DNA of 64,000 nucleotides from NCBI RefSeq assembly GCF_057098645.1, contig NZ_CM169472.1; one strand, 5' to 3'. Shown piece by piece: positions 23,279 to 36,819 of this stretch (position 1 is its first letter; each line of letters starts with the position of its first letter). The notes under the pieces were generated by a model. It saw only the letters and a program-made list of their open reading frames with translations, ran no database searches and was not told where the DNA came from. The position numbers and the translations under genes were made by a program.

Positions 23279-24012
23279 GCACTCCGCTGTAAAGAGGCGT
23301 TGATCGCTTTCAGCGTCTGCGCTGGATCTACCGATTGCGTTACCGGGCGACCAATCACCATATAATCAACACCAGCCGCCAACGCCTGTTCTGGCGTCAT
23401 AATGCGACGCTGGTCACCTGCTTCACTCCCCTGCGGACGAATGCCCGGTGTAACCAGTTTGAATTCCTGACCGAATACCTGTTTAAAGCGCACAGCTTCC
23501 TGAGCAGAACATACCACACCATCAAGGCCACATTTTTGCGTCAGTGCCGCCAGACGTTCTGCATAATCTGCAGGTGACAGTGTCACGCCAAGATCGGCCA
23601 GGTCGCTGGCTTCCATGCTGGTCAACACTGTCACAGCAATCAAAAGCGGTGCATCTTTGCCAAACGGAACCAGTGCCTCACGCGCTGCGGTCATCATACG
23701 CGCCCCACCAGAGGCATGAACATTCACCATCCACACGCCTAAGTCAGCTGCAGCAGCGACAGCGTGCGCTGCAGTGTTGGGGATATCGTGGAATTTCAGG
23801 TCAAGAAAGATATCAAAACCACGCTGTTGAAGTTCGCGCACAAACTGTGGCCCAAACAATGTAAACATCTCTTTGCCGACCTTCAGACGACAATCGCGTG
23901 GGTCGATCTTGTCGACAAAGGCCAGCGCGGCATCACGATTATGATAATCAAGGGCAACAACCACAGGAGAATTCGTAACAGCGCGGGAAGAAGATGAAGC
24001 AGTTAACGTCAT
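23275..24012 (-). CDS. pyrF: orotidine-5'-phosphate decarboxylase
   Basis: start set at MTLTASSSS (245 aa); the ORF has an in-frame upstream extension. Confidence 0.9.
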
Positions 24013-24204
24013 GACCAGACCTTCTTGATGATGGGCACCGGAAGTGGCGCGAAACAGGTAAACGGCGAGCATTCTACCCGTGGAAATAAAAAATTAACAG
24101 TTGCGATTTCTCCCCTGGCAGGCTTTTTCTGCTCTGTCGTTGCCGGAGCACAATGGAACATCAATAACTAGTATGTTGTAACTAAAGTCGGTTTTTTTAA
24201 AAAA

Positions 24205-25374
24205 TTACAGGCCATCAAGACCGCGAATCGGTTTAATGGTTGACCAGGCACGACAAGACGGACAATGCCAGTAGAGGGTGTATGCGGTAAAACCACATTT
24301 CTGGCAGCGATAACGAGGCTTACTACGTACCTTCTCGCCAACCATGTCACGCAGCACCATCAGGCTCTCTTTGGCACGCCCTTCTTCCGCTTCATTTAAG
24401 TGGTAATCCATTAACTTATGGAACACACGCATGGTCGGATGACGCTGAAGCTGGCGCGTAATATAGACCTGTGCGGCCTCACTACCGTCGCGCGCTTCGA
24501 TGATATCCGCAAGCATCAATTCAGCATCGGCGCCGGTGTTCTCTTCCACCGCGCGCTGCAGGAATTCTGCCCATTCGGCAGTTTTACCCAACTGCTGATA
24601 GCAGGTTTGCAACATTTCCAGCGTTTCGCTGACCAGTTCTCTGTCCTGGGATATGACACGTTGCAGACTTTCGACGGCTTTGGCGTATTCTCCTTTCGCC
24701 ATAAACACGCGTCCCATCATGATGGATACGCGGGCGCTGTTTTTATCTGCCGCCGCCCCTTTTTTTAGCAAGGTCATGGCACGATCGAGATCGTCGCTGG
24801 CCATATGCTGCAGGGCTAACTCACAGTAGAAATGGGCAATTTCGACGCGCTGTTTATCTTTACCCAGCTTCACCAGGCGTTCGGCAACATCAATTGCTTT
24901 CTGCCACTCACTGGTAGCCTGGTAGATTTGTAGCAACTGTTGCAGTGCGCCAATGCGGAAGTCAGTTTCATCGGTCAGCTGATTGAACATGTCTTCCGCG
25001 CGGTCATATAACCCGGCGGCCATGTAATCACGCCCCAGTTGTTGAATCGCCAACAGACGCTGTTCATAGGTCAGCGAGGCGCTTTCCATTAGGGTCTGAT
25101 GGATGCGAATAGCGCGATCAACTTCGCCACGCGAACGGAACAGGTTTCCGAGCGTAAGGTGGGCTTCAACGGTGCCTGTATCCTCTTTAAGCATATCGAG
25201 AAACAGGTCTACCGCTTTATCCTGTTGATTACTAAGCAGGAAGTTAACCCCCGCTACGTAATCACGCGACAAGCGGTTGGCTTCATCTTGCTTGTTTTGT
25301 TGCGCACTTCTGCGGCCCATATACCAGCCATAGGCAGCGGCTACAGGCAAAAGCAGAAACAACAACTCCAGCAT
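24205..25374 (-). CDS. lapB: LPS assembly regulator LapB (TPR repeats plus rubredoxin-like C-terminus)
   Basis: 389 aa; C-terminal CxxC...CxxC (CQKCGF...CPSCRAW). Confidence 0.9.
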   Translation of the reverse strand: MLELLFLLLPVAAAYGWYMGRRSAQQNKQDEANRLSRDYVAGVNFLLSNQQDKAVDLFLDMLKEDTGTVEAHLTLGNLFRSRGEVDRAIRIHQTLMESASLTYEQRLLAIQQLGRDYMAAGLYDRAEDMFNQLTDETDFRIGALQQLLQIYQATSEWQKAIDVAERLVKLGKDKQRVEIAHFYCELALQHMASDDLDRAMTLLKKGAAADKNSARVSIMMGRVFMAKGEYAKAVESLQRVISQDRELVSETLEMLQTCYQQLGKTAEWAEFLQRAVEENTGADAELMLADIIEARDGSEAAQVYITRQLQRHPTMRVFHKLMDYHLNEAEEGRAKESLMVLRDMVGEKVRSKPRYRCQKCGFTAYTLYWHCPSCRAWSTIKPIRGLDGL

Positions 25375-25380
25375 AGAAAG

Positions 25381-25689
25381 TTATTCCTTCGCCGCTGACG
25401 AGTGCTGCACTACAGCCACGTCAGTCGCGGGTGAAAGCTGGTTTTCCAGTCGCTTTATTTTACGTTCAGCGCGCGCCAGGGAAACACGAACTCGCAGCCA
25501 GAACAGGCCACAAATCAACCAACCGATAGCAAACCCCGCAGCAAACAATACCGCCAGCAATGTGGAAATACGGTACTCCCCTTGCGCTAACAGATAATTA
25601 AACGTCACCTGTTGATCGTTCTGCGCACCCAACGTGACCGAAATCACGAAGATCGCTAACACCAGTAAGAAAATGAGTAAATATTTCAC
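25381..25689 (-). CDS. lapA: LPS assembly protein LapA
   Basis: 102 aa two-TM protein directly upstream of lapB. Confidence 0.85.
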   Translation of the reverse strand: MKYLLIFLLVLAIFVISVTLGAQNDQQVTFNYLLAQGEYRISTLLAVLFAAGFAIGWLICGLFWLRVRVSLARAERKIKRLENQLSPATDVAVVQHSSAAKE

Positions 25690-25837
25690 ATTACTTCCCG
25701 TTATGTGGTTAGAGCGAATAAATTATGGTCAACTTACCGCAATAGCCCTTTAAAGTACCATTTTCGCGCCGTCTGCGAAATGGCATCCACGCGCATTGTT
25801 GATGATTTAAGGGCTAAATTCGGAAAATCAACCAGCG

Positions 25838-26602
25838 TTAACTTTCTTGTTCTCGTTGCGCTATTTCGCGATTTTCTTCCGCAGGTGGTGTTAATGGCCC
25901 ACAAATTCGTTGCGCAAGCCACGTTGCCACCGCCACCAGTGCCCAAGAAATCAACGTAGCTACCACCAGATCGCGTGGCCAATGCATCCCGAGCAGCAGG
26001 CGGCTTCCCATGACTCCCGTTGCCCAGACCAGCAAGATAGCAATGGTTAATGTTCGCCGACGCGGCCACAGCAAACCAACGGCCAGCAGTGCCCAACTGG
26101 CAGCAAACATCGTGTGACCGGAAGGAAAGGCAAACCCCGTCTCTTTCTGCCAGTGTGAACGCAAATATTGTGGAATATTTTTCTCTTCAGCCAACTGTTC
26201 TTTCACTAAATTTCCGCGTTCTGCTCGCTTTAAAGTGTAGAACTCATCAACCGGAATATGATGTGTTTTTTCCAGCCAGATAACAAAAGGTCGTGGTTCC
26301 TGGACTTTGTCTTTGATCCAGGATTTAACGCCTTGGCCCACAAGGATTGCGGCCGCCAGAATGGCAAATAATACAAAGGCAGCCTTAATGCGAAAACGCA
26401 GACACCAGAGAAACCAGCCGAATAAAATCAAATGTGTAATGACGCCCCAGGGCTGGGTGACAGTTTCAGTAACCCAAAAAGCCGCTTTTAGTAGCCAACT
26501 TTGTTCTCCAGGTTGCCAACGCCAGCCAGAAATCCATACGGCTACTGGCATAACAAGCAATAGTGCAGCTCCCACTGCGGTACGTCTGGCAATCGAACGC
26601 AT
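25838..26602 (-). CDS. pgpB: phosphatidylglycerophosphatase B (PAP2 family)
   Basis: 254 aa membrane protein; PAP2 motifs (PSGH, SRLLLGMH). Confidence 0.9.
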   Translation of the reverse strand: MRSIARRTAVGAALLLVMPVAVWISGWRWQPGEQSWLLKAAFWVTETVTQPWGVITHLILFGWFLWCLRFRIKAAFVLFAILAAAILVGQGVKSWIKDKVQEPRPFVIWLEKTHHIPVDEFYTLKRAERGNLVKEQLAEEKNIPQYLRSHWQKETGFAFPSGHTMFAASWALLAVGLLWPRRRTLTIAILLVWATGVMGSRLLLGMHWPRDLVVATLISWALVAVATWLAQRICGPLTPPAEENREIAQREQES

Positions 26603-26771
26603 GGCCTCTCCTTTTTGATAAGTCCCACAATCATAACTGAAAATGCCAGTTCCAGGAAAAATTGACAGATTTGTGCCATTCCGTGAACGATCGACGCGTC
26701 GTGATTAGGTGAACCCCTTCTCGTTATGGCAAAATAAGCCAATACAGAACCAGCATTATCTGGAGAATTTC

Positions 26772-27362
26772 ATGCAGCTTAAACGTGTGGCAGAAGCCAA
26801 ACTGCCAACCCCATGGGGCGATTTCCTGATGGTGGGATTTGAAGAACTGGCAACCGGACACGATCATGTCGCGCTAGTCTATGGCGATATTTCCGGGCAT
26901 ACCCCGGTACTTGCGCGCGTCCATTCCGAATGTCTGACCGGTGACGCCCTGTTCAGCTTGCGCTGCGATTGTGGCTTCCAGCTCGAAGCGGCATTGACGC
27001 AAATTGCCGAGGAAGGCCGTGGTATTTTGCTGTATCACCGTCAGGAAGGTCGTAACATTGGTCTGCTGAATAAAATCCGCGCTTACGCACTGCAGGATCA
27101 AGGTTACGATACTGTAGAGGCTAACCACCAGTTAGGCTTCGCCGCTGATGAGCGCGACTTCACTCTTTGCGCTGATATGTTCAAACTCCTTGGCGTCAAT
27201 GAAGTCCGCTTGTTAACCAATAACCCGAAAAAAGTCGAAATTCTGACCGAAGCAGGGATTAATATTGTTGAACGCGTACCATTGATTGTAGGTCGGAACC
27301 CCAATAACGAACATTATCTCGATACCAAAGCCGAGAAAATGGGCCATTTGCTGAACAAATAA
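26772..27362 (+). CDS. ribA: GTP cyclohydrolase II
   Basis: start set at [16 protein letters not shown] (196 aa) with GGAGA RBS; zinc ligands CLTGD...CDC. Confidence 0.9.
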
Positions 27363-27384
27363 CCCTCTTGCATTGTGTAATTAA

Positions 27385-27419
27385 TTTGCTTGCCGGAAGC
27401 AAAATAACCGGCAAGCAAA
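27385..27419. terminator. hairpin between convergent ribA and acnA
   Basis: tttgcttgccgg ... ccggcaagcaaa perfect 12 bp arms. Confidence 0.65.
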
Positions 27420-27425
27420 TACTTG

Positions 27426-30101
27426 TTACTTCAACATATTACGAATGACATAATGCAAAATGCCGTCGTTCTGGTAGTAGGTCAACTCCGTCGCGGTGTC
27501 GATACGACAACGGCAGGGTACGACTTCCTGGCTACCATCCGCGCGCGTAAGCGTCACCGGAACCGTCGCGCCGGGTTGTAGATTTTGCAGATCGCCAATA
27601 TCAATCTTCTCTTCCCCGGTTAGCCCTAACGTTTTACGCGTTACGCCTTGCGGAAATTCCAGCGGCAGGATGCCCATGCCAATTAAATTCGAACGGTGAA
27701 TTCGTTCAAACGATTCGGCAATCACCACACGAATACCAAGCAGACGCGGACCTTTTGCCGCCCAGTCACGACTGGAGCCTGATCCATACTCTTTCCCGGC
27801 AATCACCGCCAGCGGCGTTTGCTCCTGCTTATAGCGCATCGCGGCATCATAGATAGAGACAACATCGCTGTCAGGTAAATGCCGCGTCATCCCCCCTTCA
27901 ACGCCAGGCACCATTTCATTACGGATGCGAATATTGGCGAAGGTGCCGCGCATCATCACTTCATGGTTACCACGCCGCGAACCGTAGGAGTTAAAGTCTT
28001 TCCGCTCAACACCCCGACCTTGTAGATATCGACCCGCCGGGCTGTCGGGCTTAATACTGCCCGCCGGAGAGATATGGTCAGTGGTGACTGAATCCCCCAG
28101 CATTGCGAGGATCCGCGCACCGTGAATATCTTCCACAGGTGCTGGTGTTGCCTGCATTTCATCAAAGAAAGGCGATAAGCGAATATAGGTTGAATCCTCC
28201 TGCCAACCGTAGGTATCGGATCGTGTGACGTTAATTTCCTTCCACTCTGCTGTGCCTTCAAAAACTTCTGCGTACTCTTTACGGAACATTTCTGTGGAGA
28301 CTTGTTCTACCGCACGGGCAATTTCTTGTGCCGATGGCCAGATATCTTTCAGATAAACCGGGTCGCCTTTACGATCATGACCAATAGGCTCAGAAGCCAG
28401 GTTGATATTCATATTTCCCGCCAGCGCATAGGCAACCACCAGCGGCGGCGAGGCCAGCCAGTTAGTTTTAACCAGCGGATGGATACGGCCTTCAAAGTTA
28501 CGGTTGCCGGACAGCACTGCACCGACGGTTAAATCGCCTTTTTTGATTGCCGTTTCGATAGGATCGGGCAGCGGCCCAGAGTTACCAATACAGGTGGTAC
28601 AACCGTATCCCACAAGGTTAAACCCCAGTTCGTCGAGATACGGTGTCAATTTCGCTTTTGCCAGATAGTCAGAAACAACTTTCGAGCCTGGTGCCAGCGA
28701 CGCTTTGACCCACGGTTGCCGCTTGAGGCCAAGAGTTACGGCTTTTTTCGCCAGCAAGCCTGCGGCCATCAGCACACTTGGGTTAGAGGTGTTGGTGCAC
28801 GAGGTTATCGCAGCAATGACCACAGCGCCATCAGGTAACTGATACTGATGTCCGTTCACAACATAATCGACCGGCTGGCGATCTTTATGCGTGGCATTCA
28901 CTTCCAGTTCGTTACTGGCGGCAAATGCTTTTGGTACATCGGGCAGTGCAACGCGATCCTGTGGGCGTTTAGGCCCTGCCAGGCTCGCTTCAACGTCATT
29001 CATATCCAGTTCTAACGTACTGGTAAAAATCGGTTCATCGCCCGGGTTACGCCACATGCCCTGCGCTTTGGCATATTTTTCGACCAACTCGACCTGATCT
29101 TCGCTGCGCCCGCTTAAACGCATGTAATCGAGGGTTACAGCATCGATTGGGAAGAAGCCACAGGTGGCACCATATTCTGGCGACATATTGGCAATGGTGG
29201 CGCGATCCGCCAACGGTAGTGAATCCAGACCATCACCATAAAATTCGACGAATTTCCCCACAACGCCATGTTTGCGCAGCATTTGGGTAACAGTGAGAAC
29301 CAGGTCTGTGGCGGTAATACCTTCACGTAATTTTCCGGTAAGTTTAAAGCCCACTACGTCCGGGATAAGCATGGAAACCGGCTGGCCTAACATTGCGGCT
29401 TCTGCTTCGATGCCACCCACGCCCCACCCCAGCACGCCAAGGCCGTTGATCATGGTGGTGTGCGAGTCAGTACCAACGAGTGTATCCGGATAAGCAATCC
29501 ATTCACCGTCCTGCAATTCGCTCCACACTGCTTTGCCGAGATATTCGAGGTTAACCTGATGGCAAATGCCTGTGCCTGGCGGCACGACGCTAAACCGACT
29601 GAACGCTTGCTTTCCCCATTTCAGGAACACATAACGTTCGTGGTTGCGCTCCATTTCCAGGCGTACGTTTTCTTCAAATGCCTCATCATCACCAAAACGA
29701 TCGACGGTCACCGAGTGGTCAATGACCAGGTCGACCGGTGAGAGCGGGTTAACCTTTGCAGTATCGCCGCCGAGGCGTTTAACCGCTTCGCGCATTGCAG
29801 CGAGATCAACAACGGCAGGTACGCCGGTAAAGTCCTGCATCAGCACCCTTGCCGGGCGGTAGGCAATTTCACGGTCAGCATGGGCATTTTTCAGCCATCC
29901 CGCCAGCGCGTGGATATCCTCTTCGGTAACCGAGTTACCATCCTGCCAGCGCAGCAGGTTTTCGAGCAAAACTTTGAGTGACTTGGGTAGACGGGTGATA
30001 TCGCCCAGTGATTTGGCAGCAAGCGGCAGGCTGTAGTAGTGGTAAGTTTTATCTTTGGCCTGCAACGTGTCCTTACTGGCTTCTCGTAGGGTTGACGACA
30101 T
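27426..30101 (-). CDS. acnA: aconitate hydratase A
   Basis: 891 aa; aconitase family Fe-S ligand region. Confidence 0.95.
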   Translation of the reverse strand: MSSTLREASKDTLQAKDKTYHYYSLPLAAKSLGDITRLPKSLKVLLENLLRWQDGNSVTEEDIHALAGWLKNAHADREIAYRPARVLMQDFTGVPAVVDLAAMREAVKRLGGDTAKVNPLSPVDLVIDHSVTVDRFGDDEAFEENVRLEMERNHERYVFLKWGKQAFSRFSVVPPGTGICHQVNLEYLGKAVWSELQDGEWIAYPDTLVGTDSHTTMINGLGVLGWGVGGIEAEAAMLGQPVSMLIPDVVGFKLTGKLREGITATDLVLTVTQMLRKHGVVGKFVEFYGDGLDSLPLADRATIANMSPEYGATCGFFPIDAVTLDYMRLSGRSEDQVELVEKYAKAQGMWRNPGDEPIFTSTLELDMNDVEASLAGPKRPQDRVALPDVPKAFAASNELEVNATHKDRQPVDYVVNGHQYQLPDGAVVIAAITSCTNTSNPSVLMAAGLLAKKAVTLGLKRQPWVKASLAPGSKVVSDYLAKAKLTPYLDELGFNLVGYGCTTCIGNSGPLPDPIETAIKKGDLTVGAVLSGNRNFEGRIHPLVKTNWLASPPLVVAYALAGNMNINLASEPIGHDRKGDPVYLKDIWPSAQEIARAVEQVSTEMFRKEYAEVFEGTAEWKEINVTRSDTYGWQEDSTYIRLSPFFDEMQATPAPVEDIHGARILAMLGDSVTTDHISPAGSIKPDSPAGRYLQGRGVERKDFNSYGSRRGNHEVMMRGTFANIRIRNEMVPGVEGGMTRHLPDSDVVSIYDAAMRYKQEQTPLAVIAGKEYGSGSSRDWAAKGPRLLGIRVVIAESFERIHRSNLIGMGILPLEFPQGVTRKTLGLTGEEKIDIGDLQNLQPGATVPVTLTRADGSQEVVPCRCRIDTATELTYYQNDGILHYVIRNMLK

Positions 30102-30264
30102 AGCTCCTCCTTAATGACAGGGTTGCGAAGCCCTGATTCTCTTCAGGGTGAATATTAAAGATAACACAAACATCGCGTAACGATTTGATAACAACCCAAA
30201 TTGATAAAAGAGGAGAAAGCTTGTGGCAAAGCAAATGAAAACCCCGCCGCAGCGGGGACAGGGA

Positions 30265-30345
30265 TCAGTGAGTAATGATCCAGAGGAGTTCGGCCCAGAA
30301 GAGCATCGACAGAGAAAACGCGCCCATCCAGGACCAATATTTCAT
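30265..30345 (-). CDS. ymiA: small membrane protein YmiA
   Basis: hand translation of the minus strand gives MKYWSWMGAFSLSMLFWAELLWIITH; not in the supplied ORF track because shorter than its cut-off. Confidence 0.6.
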   Translation of the reverse strand: MKYWSWMGAFSLSMLFWAELLWIITH

Positions 30346-30473
30346 ATTTGTGTTGATCATAGGCTACACCCTTAACGGTTATTACTTTGTGTTGAGATAA
30401 CTCAACCTGTTATTGCTGCGGTGTATTAAAAGCCCTTTAATTCATTAAAAATGGGTAATAAGAATGATGATAA

Positions 30474-30662
30474 TTATTGTTTCGGCTGATCATCTTCAGC
30501 AAACAGTTCTATAAAGGCTTGCTGCTGCGATGTTAGTTGCCAGTCGTCTGGAATAACGACGGAACATTCCCGTTTCGTTTCTGGTTCATTGTCACTATCC
30601 TGGCATAATGGTGACGACTCCAGTTGCTCCTGACCAACCATAGTTATCCCCACACTTTCCAA
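30474..30662 (-). CDS. yciX: small protein upstream of acnA (YciX-like)
   Basis: 62 aa ORF in the acnA upstream region; true start uncertain. Confidence 0.45.
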   Translation of the reverse strand: MESVGITMVGQEQLESSPLCQDSDNEPETKRECSVVIPDDWQLTSQQQAFIELFAEDDQPKQ

Positions 30663-31102
30663 ATAAGCAGTGCGACAACCACCCAGAAAAGTGCAGAACC
30701 AAGAAAAACCGCCAGCCAGGCTTTACGTTTTAATTCAGGATCGCGGCGGGGTTCCTGATTTCCAGAAGGCATTGCTAACCTCATATAATCGCCATCACTT
30801 ATCAGCAAGACGTTGAACGATTGGTGTAATTAATCATACGATGAGACAAATCCTAAAGAAACTTTAGTCAAAAATCCAGCGAATTTACGAATCGTCTCCA
30901 GTGAATAATTCAATCTTTTGACCTGAAATAGATATTTGAAAACTGGAATTTGCGAGGCGGGTAATTAGACACTACTTTATAGGTAATTTACCCTATAAAT
31001 ATGAGGGATAAAAATATTGTGCACGGTATACAAATAAGTAACAAAAGAGAATATATTCCGACACCTTCGCTACATAAAAGGTGCCGAAAATAACGCAAGA
31101 AA

Positions 31103-32101
<999 letters not shown>

Positions 32102-32233
32102 TCAGAACATCGTTTTTTCGTCACACCTGGCGGGTGACTAATACGATTTAATAATAAAAAAGGTGCTAACTATAACCACTATATCATTTATAGCCTTAGT
32201 GTATAGGTGTGAAGAAAAAATAATATGCAATAA

Positions 32234-32260
32234 AAAAGGGCCGCTTTCGCGACCCTTTGT
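32234..32260 (-). terminator. rho-independent terminator after topA
   Basis: on the minus strand: stem gggtcgc/gcggccc (one G-U pair) followed by tttttt. Confidence 0.65.
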
Positions 32261-32286
32261 TTATAAAAACCTGACAGAATTAAAGG

Positions 32287-34884
32287 TTATTTTTTCCCTT
32301 CAACCCATTTGCCATCAACATAAAATGCTGACCAGCCAGTCGCCTTTCCGTCTTTTTCCGAAGAGACATATTGCTGTTTGGTTTTACGGCTAAAGCGAAC
32401 CATAGTCTTATTACCTTCCGGATCCTGCTGCGGCGCATCGGCCAGATAACGCAGTTTTTCCGGCAGACGATCGCGGAAGCGATACAGCTCTTCCACCAGC
32501 GGCGCACGCGTTTCACGCGATTTCGGGAAGGTATTGGCCGCCAGGAACACACCGGCAGCACCGTCACGCAGCACGAAATAGGCATCTGATTTTTCGCACG
32601 GCAGCTCCGGTAATGGTACCGGATCTTCTTTCGGTGGAGCCACTTCGCCGTTACGTAAAATCTTACGCGTGTTTTTACACTCTTCGTTGGTGCAGGCCAT
32701 ATATTTACCGAAACGCCCCATTTTCAGGTGCATTTCAGAACCACATTTTTCACACTCAACGATCGGGCCGTCATAACCTTTAATGCGGAATTCGCCCTCT
32801 TCGATCTCGTAACCGTCGCAGGTTGGGTTATTACCACAGACATGCAACTTACGTTTCGGATCGATGAGATAGCTGTCCATCGCCGTGCCGCATTTCGGGC
32901 AACGACGTTTTGCGCGCAGCGCGTTGGTTTCAGCGTCTTCGCCTTCCAGCACGTTCAGCACTTCGTTTTCCGGCACCAGGTTAATGGTGGTTTTGCAACG
33001 CTCTTTCGGCGGCAGCGCATAGCCAGAACAGCCAAGGAATACCCCGGTGCTCGCTGTGCGAATACCCATTTTGCGACCACAGGTCGGGCAGTCGATGCTG
33101 GTCAGAACCATCTGGTTCGGACGCATACCCCCCTCTTCCGGATCTTTTTCAGCTTTATCTAACTGCTGAGTGAAATCCGAGAAGAAGTGATCCAGTACAG
33201 CTTTCCACTCTGCTTCGTGATTTGCCACCTGGTCAAGGCTGTTTTCCATCTGCGCGGTGAAGTCGTAGTTCATTAACTCGCGGAAATTCTCTTCCAGGCG
33301 ATCGGTGACGATTTCGCCCATTTTTTCCGCATAGAAACGACGGTTTTCTACACGCACATAGCCACGGTCCTGAATGGTCGAAATGATCGACGCATAGGTA
33401 GACGGACGACCGATACCGCGTTTTTCCAGTTCTTTAACCAGCGATGCTTCACTGAAACGAGCTGGCGGTTTGGTAAAGTGCTGGGCTGGTGTCAGTTCAA
33501 CGAGCGTCAGAGCATCGCCTTTATCGACTGCCGGTAAGATACGATCTTCATCGCCTTTACGCAGTGCAGGCATCACTTTTGTCCAGCCATCAAAGCGCAA
33601 AATACGACCGCGTGCTTTCAGGCGGAAATCGCCCGCACCAACGGTCAGCGTCGTGGAGTCATATTTCGCTGGGGTCATCTGGCAAGCAACGAACTGACGC
33701 CAGATTAACTGGTACAGTTTCTGCGCATCTGCTTCCATATCCTTCAGCGATTCCGCCATCACATTGACGTCAGAAGGGCGAATCGCTTCGTGCGCTTCCT
33801 GTGAGTTTTCTTTGCTGGCGTACTGATTCGGACTTTCCGGCAGATATTTCTTACCAAAATTATCGCTGATATAACCGCGAACCATATTTACCGCGTCCTG
33901 ACTCAGGTTAGTGGAGTCGGTACGCATGTAAGTGATATAGCCTGCTTCATACAAACGCTGCGCCATCATCATGGTTTTTTTCACGCCAAATCCAAGACGG
34001 GTGCTGGCAGCTTGTTGCAGCGTAGAGGTAATAAAAGGAGCGCCAGGTTTACTGGTTGTCGGTTTGTCTTCACGTTCCAGCACGCTGTAGCGCGCTTTTT
34101 CCAGCAGACTTACCGCCGCCTGAGTTTGTTCTTTGTTGACCGGACGGAACGGTTTGTCGTTCTGATGAGTCACCTGCAACGCCAACGCTTCACCAGATGG
34201 CGTGGTCGTGCTGGCATCGACTTCCCAGAACTCTTCCGGCACGAACGCTTTAATTTCACGCTCACGCTCGACCACCAGACGAACCGCCACCGACTGCACA
34301 CGACCGGCAGACAGGCCACGAGCGATCTTTTTCCATAGCAGCGGCGAAACCATATACCCCACCACGCGGTCCATAAAGCGACGCGCCTGCTGGGCATTAA
34401 CACGATCAATATTCAGCTCACCCGGTTTGTTAAATGCCTGGCGGATCGCGTTTTTAGTAATTTCGTTAAACACCACTCGGCTATAGCGCGCATCATCACC
34501 ACCAATCACTTCCCGCAGGTGCCATGCAATGGCTTCCCCTTCGCGGTCAAGGTCGGTTGCGAGATAGATGTGGTCGGCTTTTTCAGCCAGTTGTTTCAGT
34601 TCAGAGACGACCTTCTCTTTACCAGGCAACACTTCATAGTGCGCCTCCCAATTGTGCCACGGGTCAACCCCCATACGGTTGACGAGAGCGCCACGTTCAT
34701 CCTTTTTAGGCTTTTTAGCCGTCTTGGTGGAGGTAGAGTCGGCACTCTTTTTGGCAGCTGAGCCACTGGTCGGCAAATCGCGGATGTGACCGACGCTGGA
34801 TTTAACCACGTAGTCACTACCCAGATACTTGTTGATCGTTTTGGCTTTTGCCGGGGACTCAACGATGACAAGAGCTTTACCCAT
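32287..34884 (-). CDS. topA: DNA topoisomerase I
   Basis: start set at [15 protein letters not shown] (865 aa); Toprim domain plus C-terminal zinc ribbons. Confidence 0.95.
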   Translation of the reverse strand: MGKALVIVESPAKAKTINKYLGSDYVVKSSVGHIRDLPTSGSAAKKSADSTSTKTAKKPKKDERGALVNRMGVDPWHNWEAHYEVLPGKEKVVSELKQLAEKADHIYLATDLDREGEAIAWHLREVIGGDDARYSRVVFNEITKNAIRQAFNKPGELNIDRVNAQQARRFMDRVVGYMVSPLLWKKIARGLSAGRVQSVAVRLVVEREREIKAFVPEEFWEVDASTTTPSGEALALQVTHQNDKPFRPVNKEQTQAAVSLLEKARYSVLEREDKPTTSKPGAPFITSTLQQAASTRLGFGVKKTMMMAQRLYEAGYITYMRTDSTNLSQDAVNMVRGYISDNFGKKYLPESPNQYASKENSQEAHEAIRPSDVNVMAESLKDMEADAQKLYQLIWRQFVACQMTPAKYDSTTLTVGAGDFRLKARGRILRFDGWTKVMPALRKGDEDRILPAVDKGDALTLVELTPAQHFTKPPARFSEASLVKELEKRGIGRPSTYASIISTIQDRGYVRVENRRFYAEKMGEIVTDRLEENFRELMNYDFTAQMENSLDQVANHEAEWKAVLDHFFSDFTQQLDKAEKDPEEGGMRPNQMVLTSIDCPTCGRKMGIRTASTGVFLGCSGYALPPKERCKTTINLVPENEVLNVLEGEDAETNALRAKRRCPKCGTAMDSYLIDPKRKLHVCGNNPTCDGYEIEEGEFRIKGYDGPIVECEKCGSEMHLKMGRFGKYMACTNEECKNTRKILRNGEVAPPKEDPVPLPELPCEKSDAYFVLRDGAAGVFLAANTFPKSRETRAPLVEELYRFRDRLPEKLRYLADAPQQDPEGNKTMVRFSRKTKQQYVSSEKDGKATGWSAFYVDGKWVEGKK

Positions 34885-35263
34885 ATTCACCTTACCTAAT
34901 TTGATTCTTCCAGGAATGCGTCGCACGTTGATAAACCTTCCACTGGCAACGAGTTACCGATATGGACTCGTTCTCTGCGGATATCAACCCCTTGTCGTGA
35001 CTCTGTTCACGAAAATTCAGGTGACTGAGTTAACAGGTCTTGGCCTACAGGCGCTATAGCACGACGGAATTTTGGTCGAATGTCAAGCAAATCTATTGCC
35101 AGATTGACGAAAGCGTCACACTGTACCTGATAAAATCCGATACGCAACTTTATTAGCATGCAAAATCCAAAGTTGCCAGTAAGGCGCTCTTGCCACCAGC
35201 GTGGTATATTTGTCTGCAAGCCATGCCTGGCGTAGACTAATGTCCTTGTTTAAGGAGTAAATA

Positions 35264-35515
35264 ATGAACAAAGAGACACAACCCATCGACCGCGAAACGC
35301 TGTTGAAAGAGGCCAACAAAATCATTCGTGAGCATGAGGATACGCTCGCAGGGATTGAAGCCACCGGCGTCACGCAGCGTAATGGCGTGCTGGTATTTAC
35401 CGGCGACTACTTTTTAGATGAACAAGGATTGCCAACAGCCAAAAGCACCGCGGTGTTTAATATGTTCAAACACCTGGCCCATGTGCTTTCAGAAAAATAT
35501 CACCTGGTTGATTAA
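35264..35515 (+). CDS. yciN: YciN (DUF2498)
   Basis: 83 aa ORF with GGAG RBS. Confidence 0.8.
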
Positions 35516-35519
35516 AGCA

Positions 35520-35552
35520 AAACGCGAGGTCTTACCCTCGCGTTTGTCTTTT
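35520..35552. terminator. hairpin between convergent yciN and sohB
   Basis: aaacgcgagg...cctcgcgttt followed by gtctttt. Confidence 0.7.
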
Positions 35553-36600
35553 ACATCAATGGCTTTTGCCCCCGCTGCCACCAGCGTAACAACAATCGAT
35601 CGGCGCTCTCTGCCGCGCTGCCGGTGAATCGGTCAATGAGTCGTTTACGCTGCATATAGCGTACATTGACCACTTCACGGCCTTCCATCAGGCTAAGAAT
35701 AACTTCATCACTGGTGTTGATTTCATCAACCAGGCCTTTCTCTACCGCCTGTTGTCCGTACCAGTGTTCACCCGTTGCCACCTGTTCAATATCCAGAGAC
35801 GGACGCATACGCTTCACAAAATCTTTAAATAACTGATGCGTTTCGTTCAGCTCTTCGCGGAATTTCTCCCGCCCTTCTTCGGTATTTTCACCCAGCAAGG
35901 TCAGCGTACGCTTATACTGCCCGGCGGTGTGCAGTTCGATATCAATATCTTTGCTTTTCAGGAAGCGGTTAAAGTTGGGCATTTGCGCCACCACCCCAAT
36001 GGAACCCACAATAGCAAACGGTGCGGAAACAATTTTGTCCGCCACACAGGCCATCATGTAACCGCCGCTGGCAGCAACTTTGTCTACCGTAACAGTTAAA
36101 GGAATGTTTTTATCACGCAGACGCTGCAGCTGCGAAGCCGCCAACCCGTAACCATGCACCATGCCACCAGGGCTTTCCAGACGGAGCACAACCTGATCCT
36201 GCGGTTTGAATGCTGCGAGTACAGCCGTTATCTCTTCACGTAGCGAGTTCACTTCATGGGCGTCCATGCTGCCTTTAAAATCCAGCACCCAGACGCGGGG
36301 TTTACTGTCAGTTGCCACCTCGCCCAGTTTGGCTTTCGCTTTTGCTGCTTTCGCTTCTTGCTTATGCTTTTTCTTCTGCGCTTTGTGCCACTGTTTTTGC
36401 TGATGTGAGTCCATCAGCGCCGCGGCCAGTTCTTCTTTCATCTCCTTATACTGTTCGCTGAGATTGTTGACCCGTAACTCGCCACGCTGGCGTTTATTAC
36501 GTTGAGCAACATTGACAATAATGGCGGCAATCGCCGCAATCGCTAGCACAACGGTAACGATTTTCGCCAAAAACAAACCATATTCAGACAACAATTCCAC
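35551..36600 (-). CDS. sohB: S49-family periplasmic protease
   Basis: 349 aa; N-terminal TM, lysine-rich linker, S49 peptidase domain. Confidence 0.9.
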   Translation of the reverse strand: MELLSEYGLFLAKIVTVVLAIAAIAAIIVNVAQRNKRQRGELRVNNLSEQYKEMKEELAAALMDSHQQKQWHKAQKKKHKQEAKAAKAKAKLGEVATDSKPRVWVLDFKGSMDAHEVNSLREEITAVLAAFKPQDQVVLRLESPGGMVHGYGLAASQLQRLRDKNIPLTVTVDKVAASGGYMMACVADKIVSAPFAIVGSIGVVAQMPNFNRFLKSKDIDIELHTAGQYKRTLTLLGENTEEGREKFREELNETHQLFKDFVKRMRPSLDIEQVATGEHWYGQQAVEKGLVDEINTSDEVILSLMEGREVVNVRYMQRKRLIDRFTGSAAESADRLLLRWWQRGQKPLM

Positions 36601-36819
36601 GAGGCCCCACCTTGGTTAAACAACGCTTTGGCTCACAGTTTACAACAGGCATGTTAAGCCGTCTCGCAGAGATGTTATTGCAGCGAAAGTATGACAAAGT
36701 ATCCATTTTGCGGTGTTATCGCCCCAGGCTGATTGAAATGCCCTTCTGTTTCAGGCATAAAGCCCCAAAGTCATAACGTACACTGGCAGCGCGACAGACA
36801 ACGTCGTTGAGGAGTAGCC

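Noticed and set aside
32728-33162. Multiple plus-strand ORFs of 70-144 aa within topA
   Set aside because: All are embedded antisense in topA and lack independent signals.
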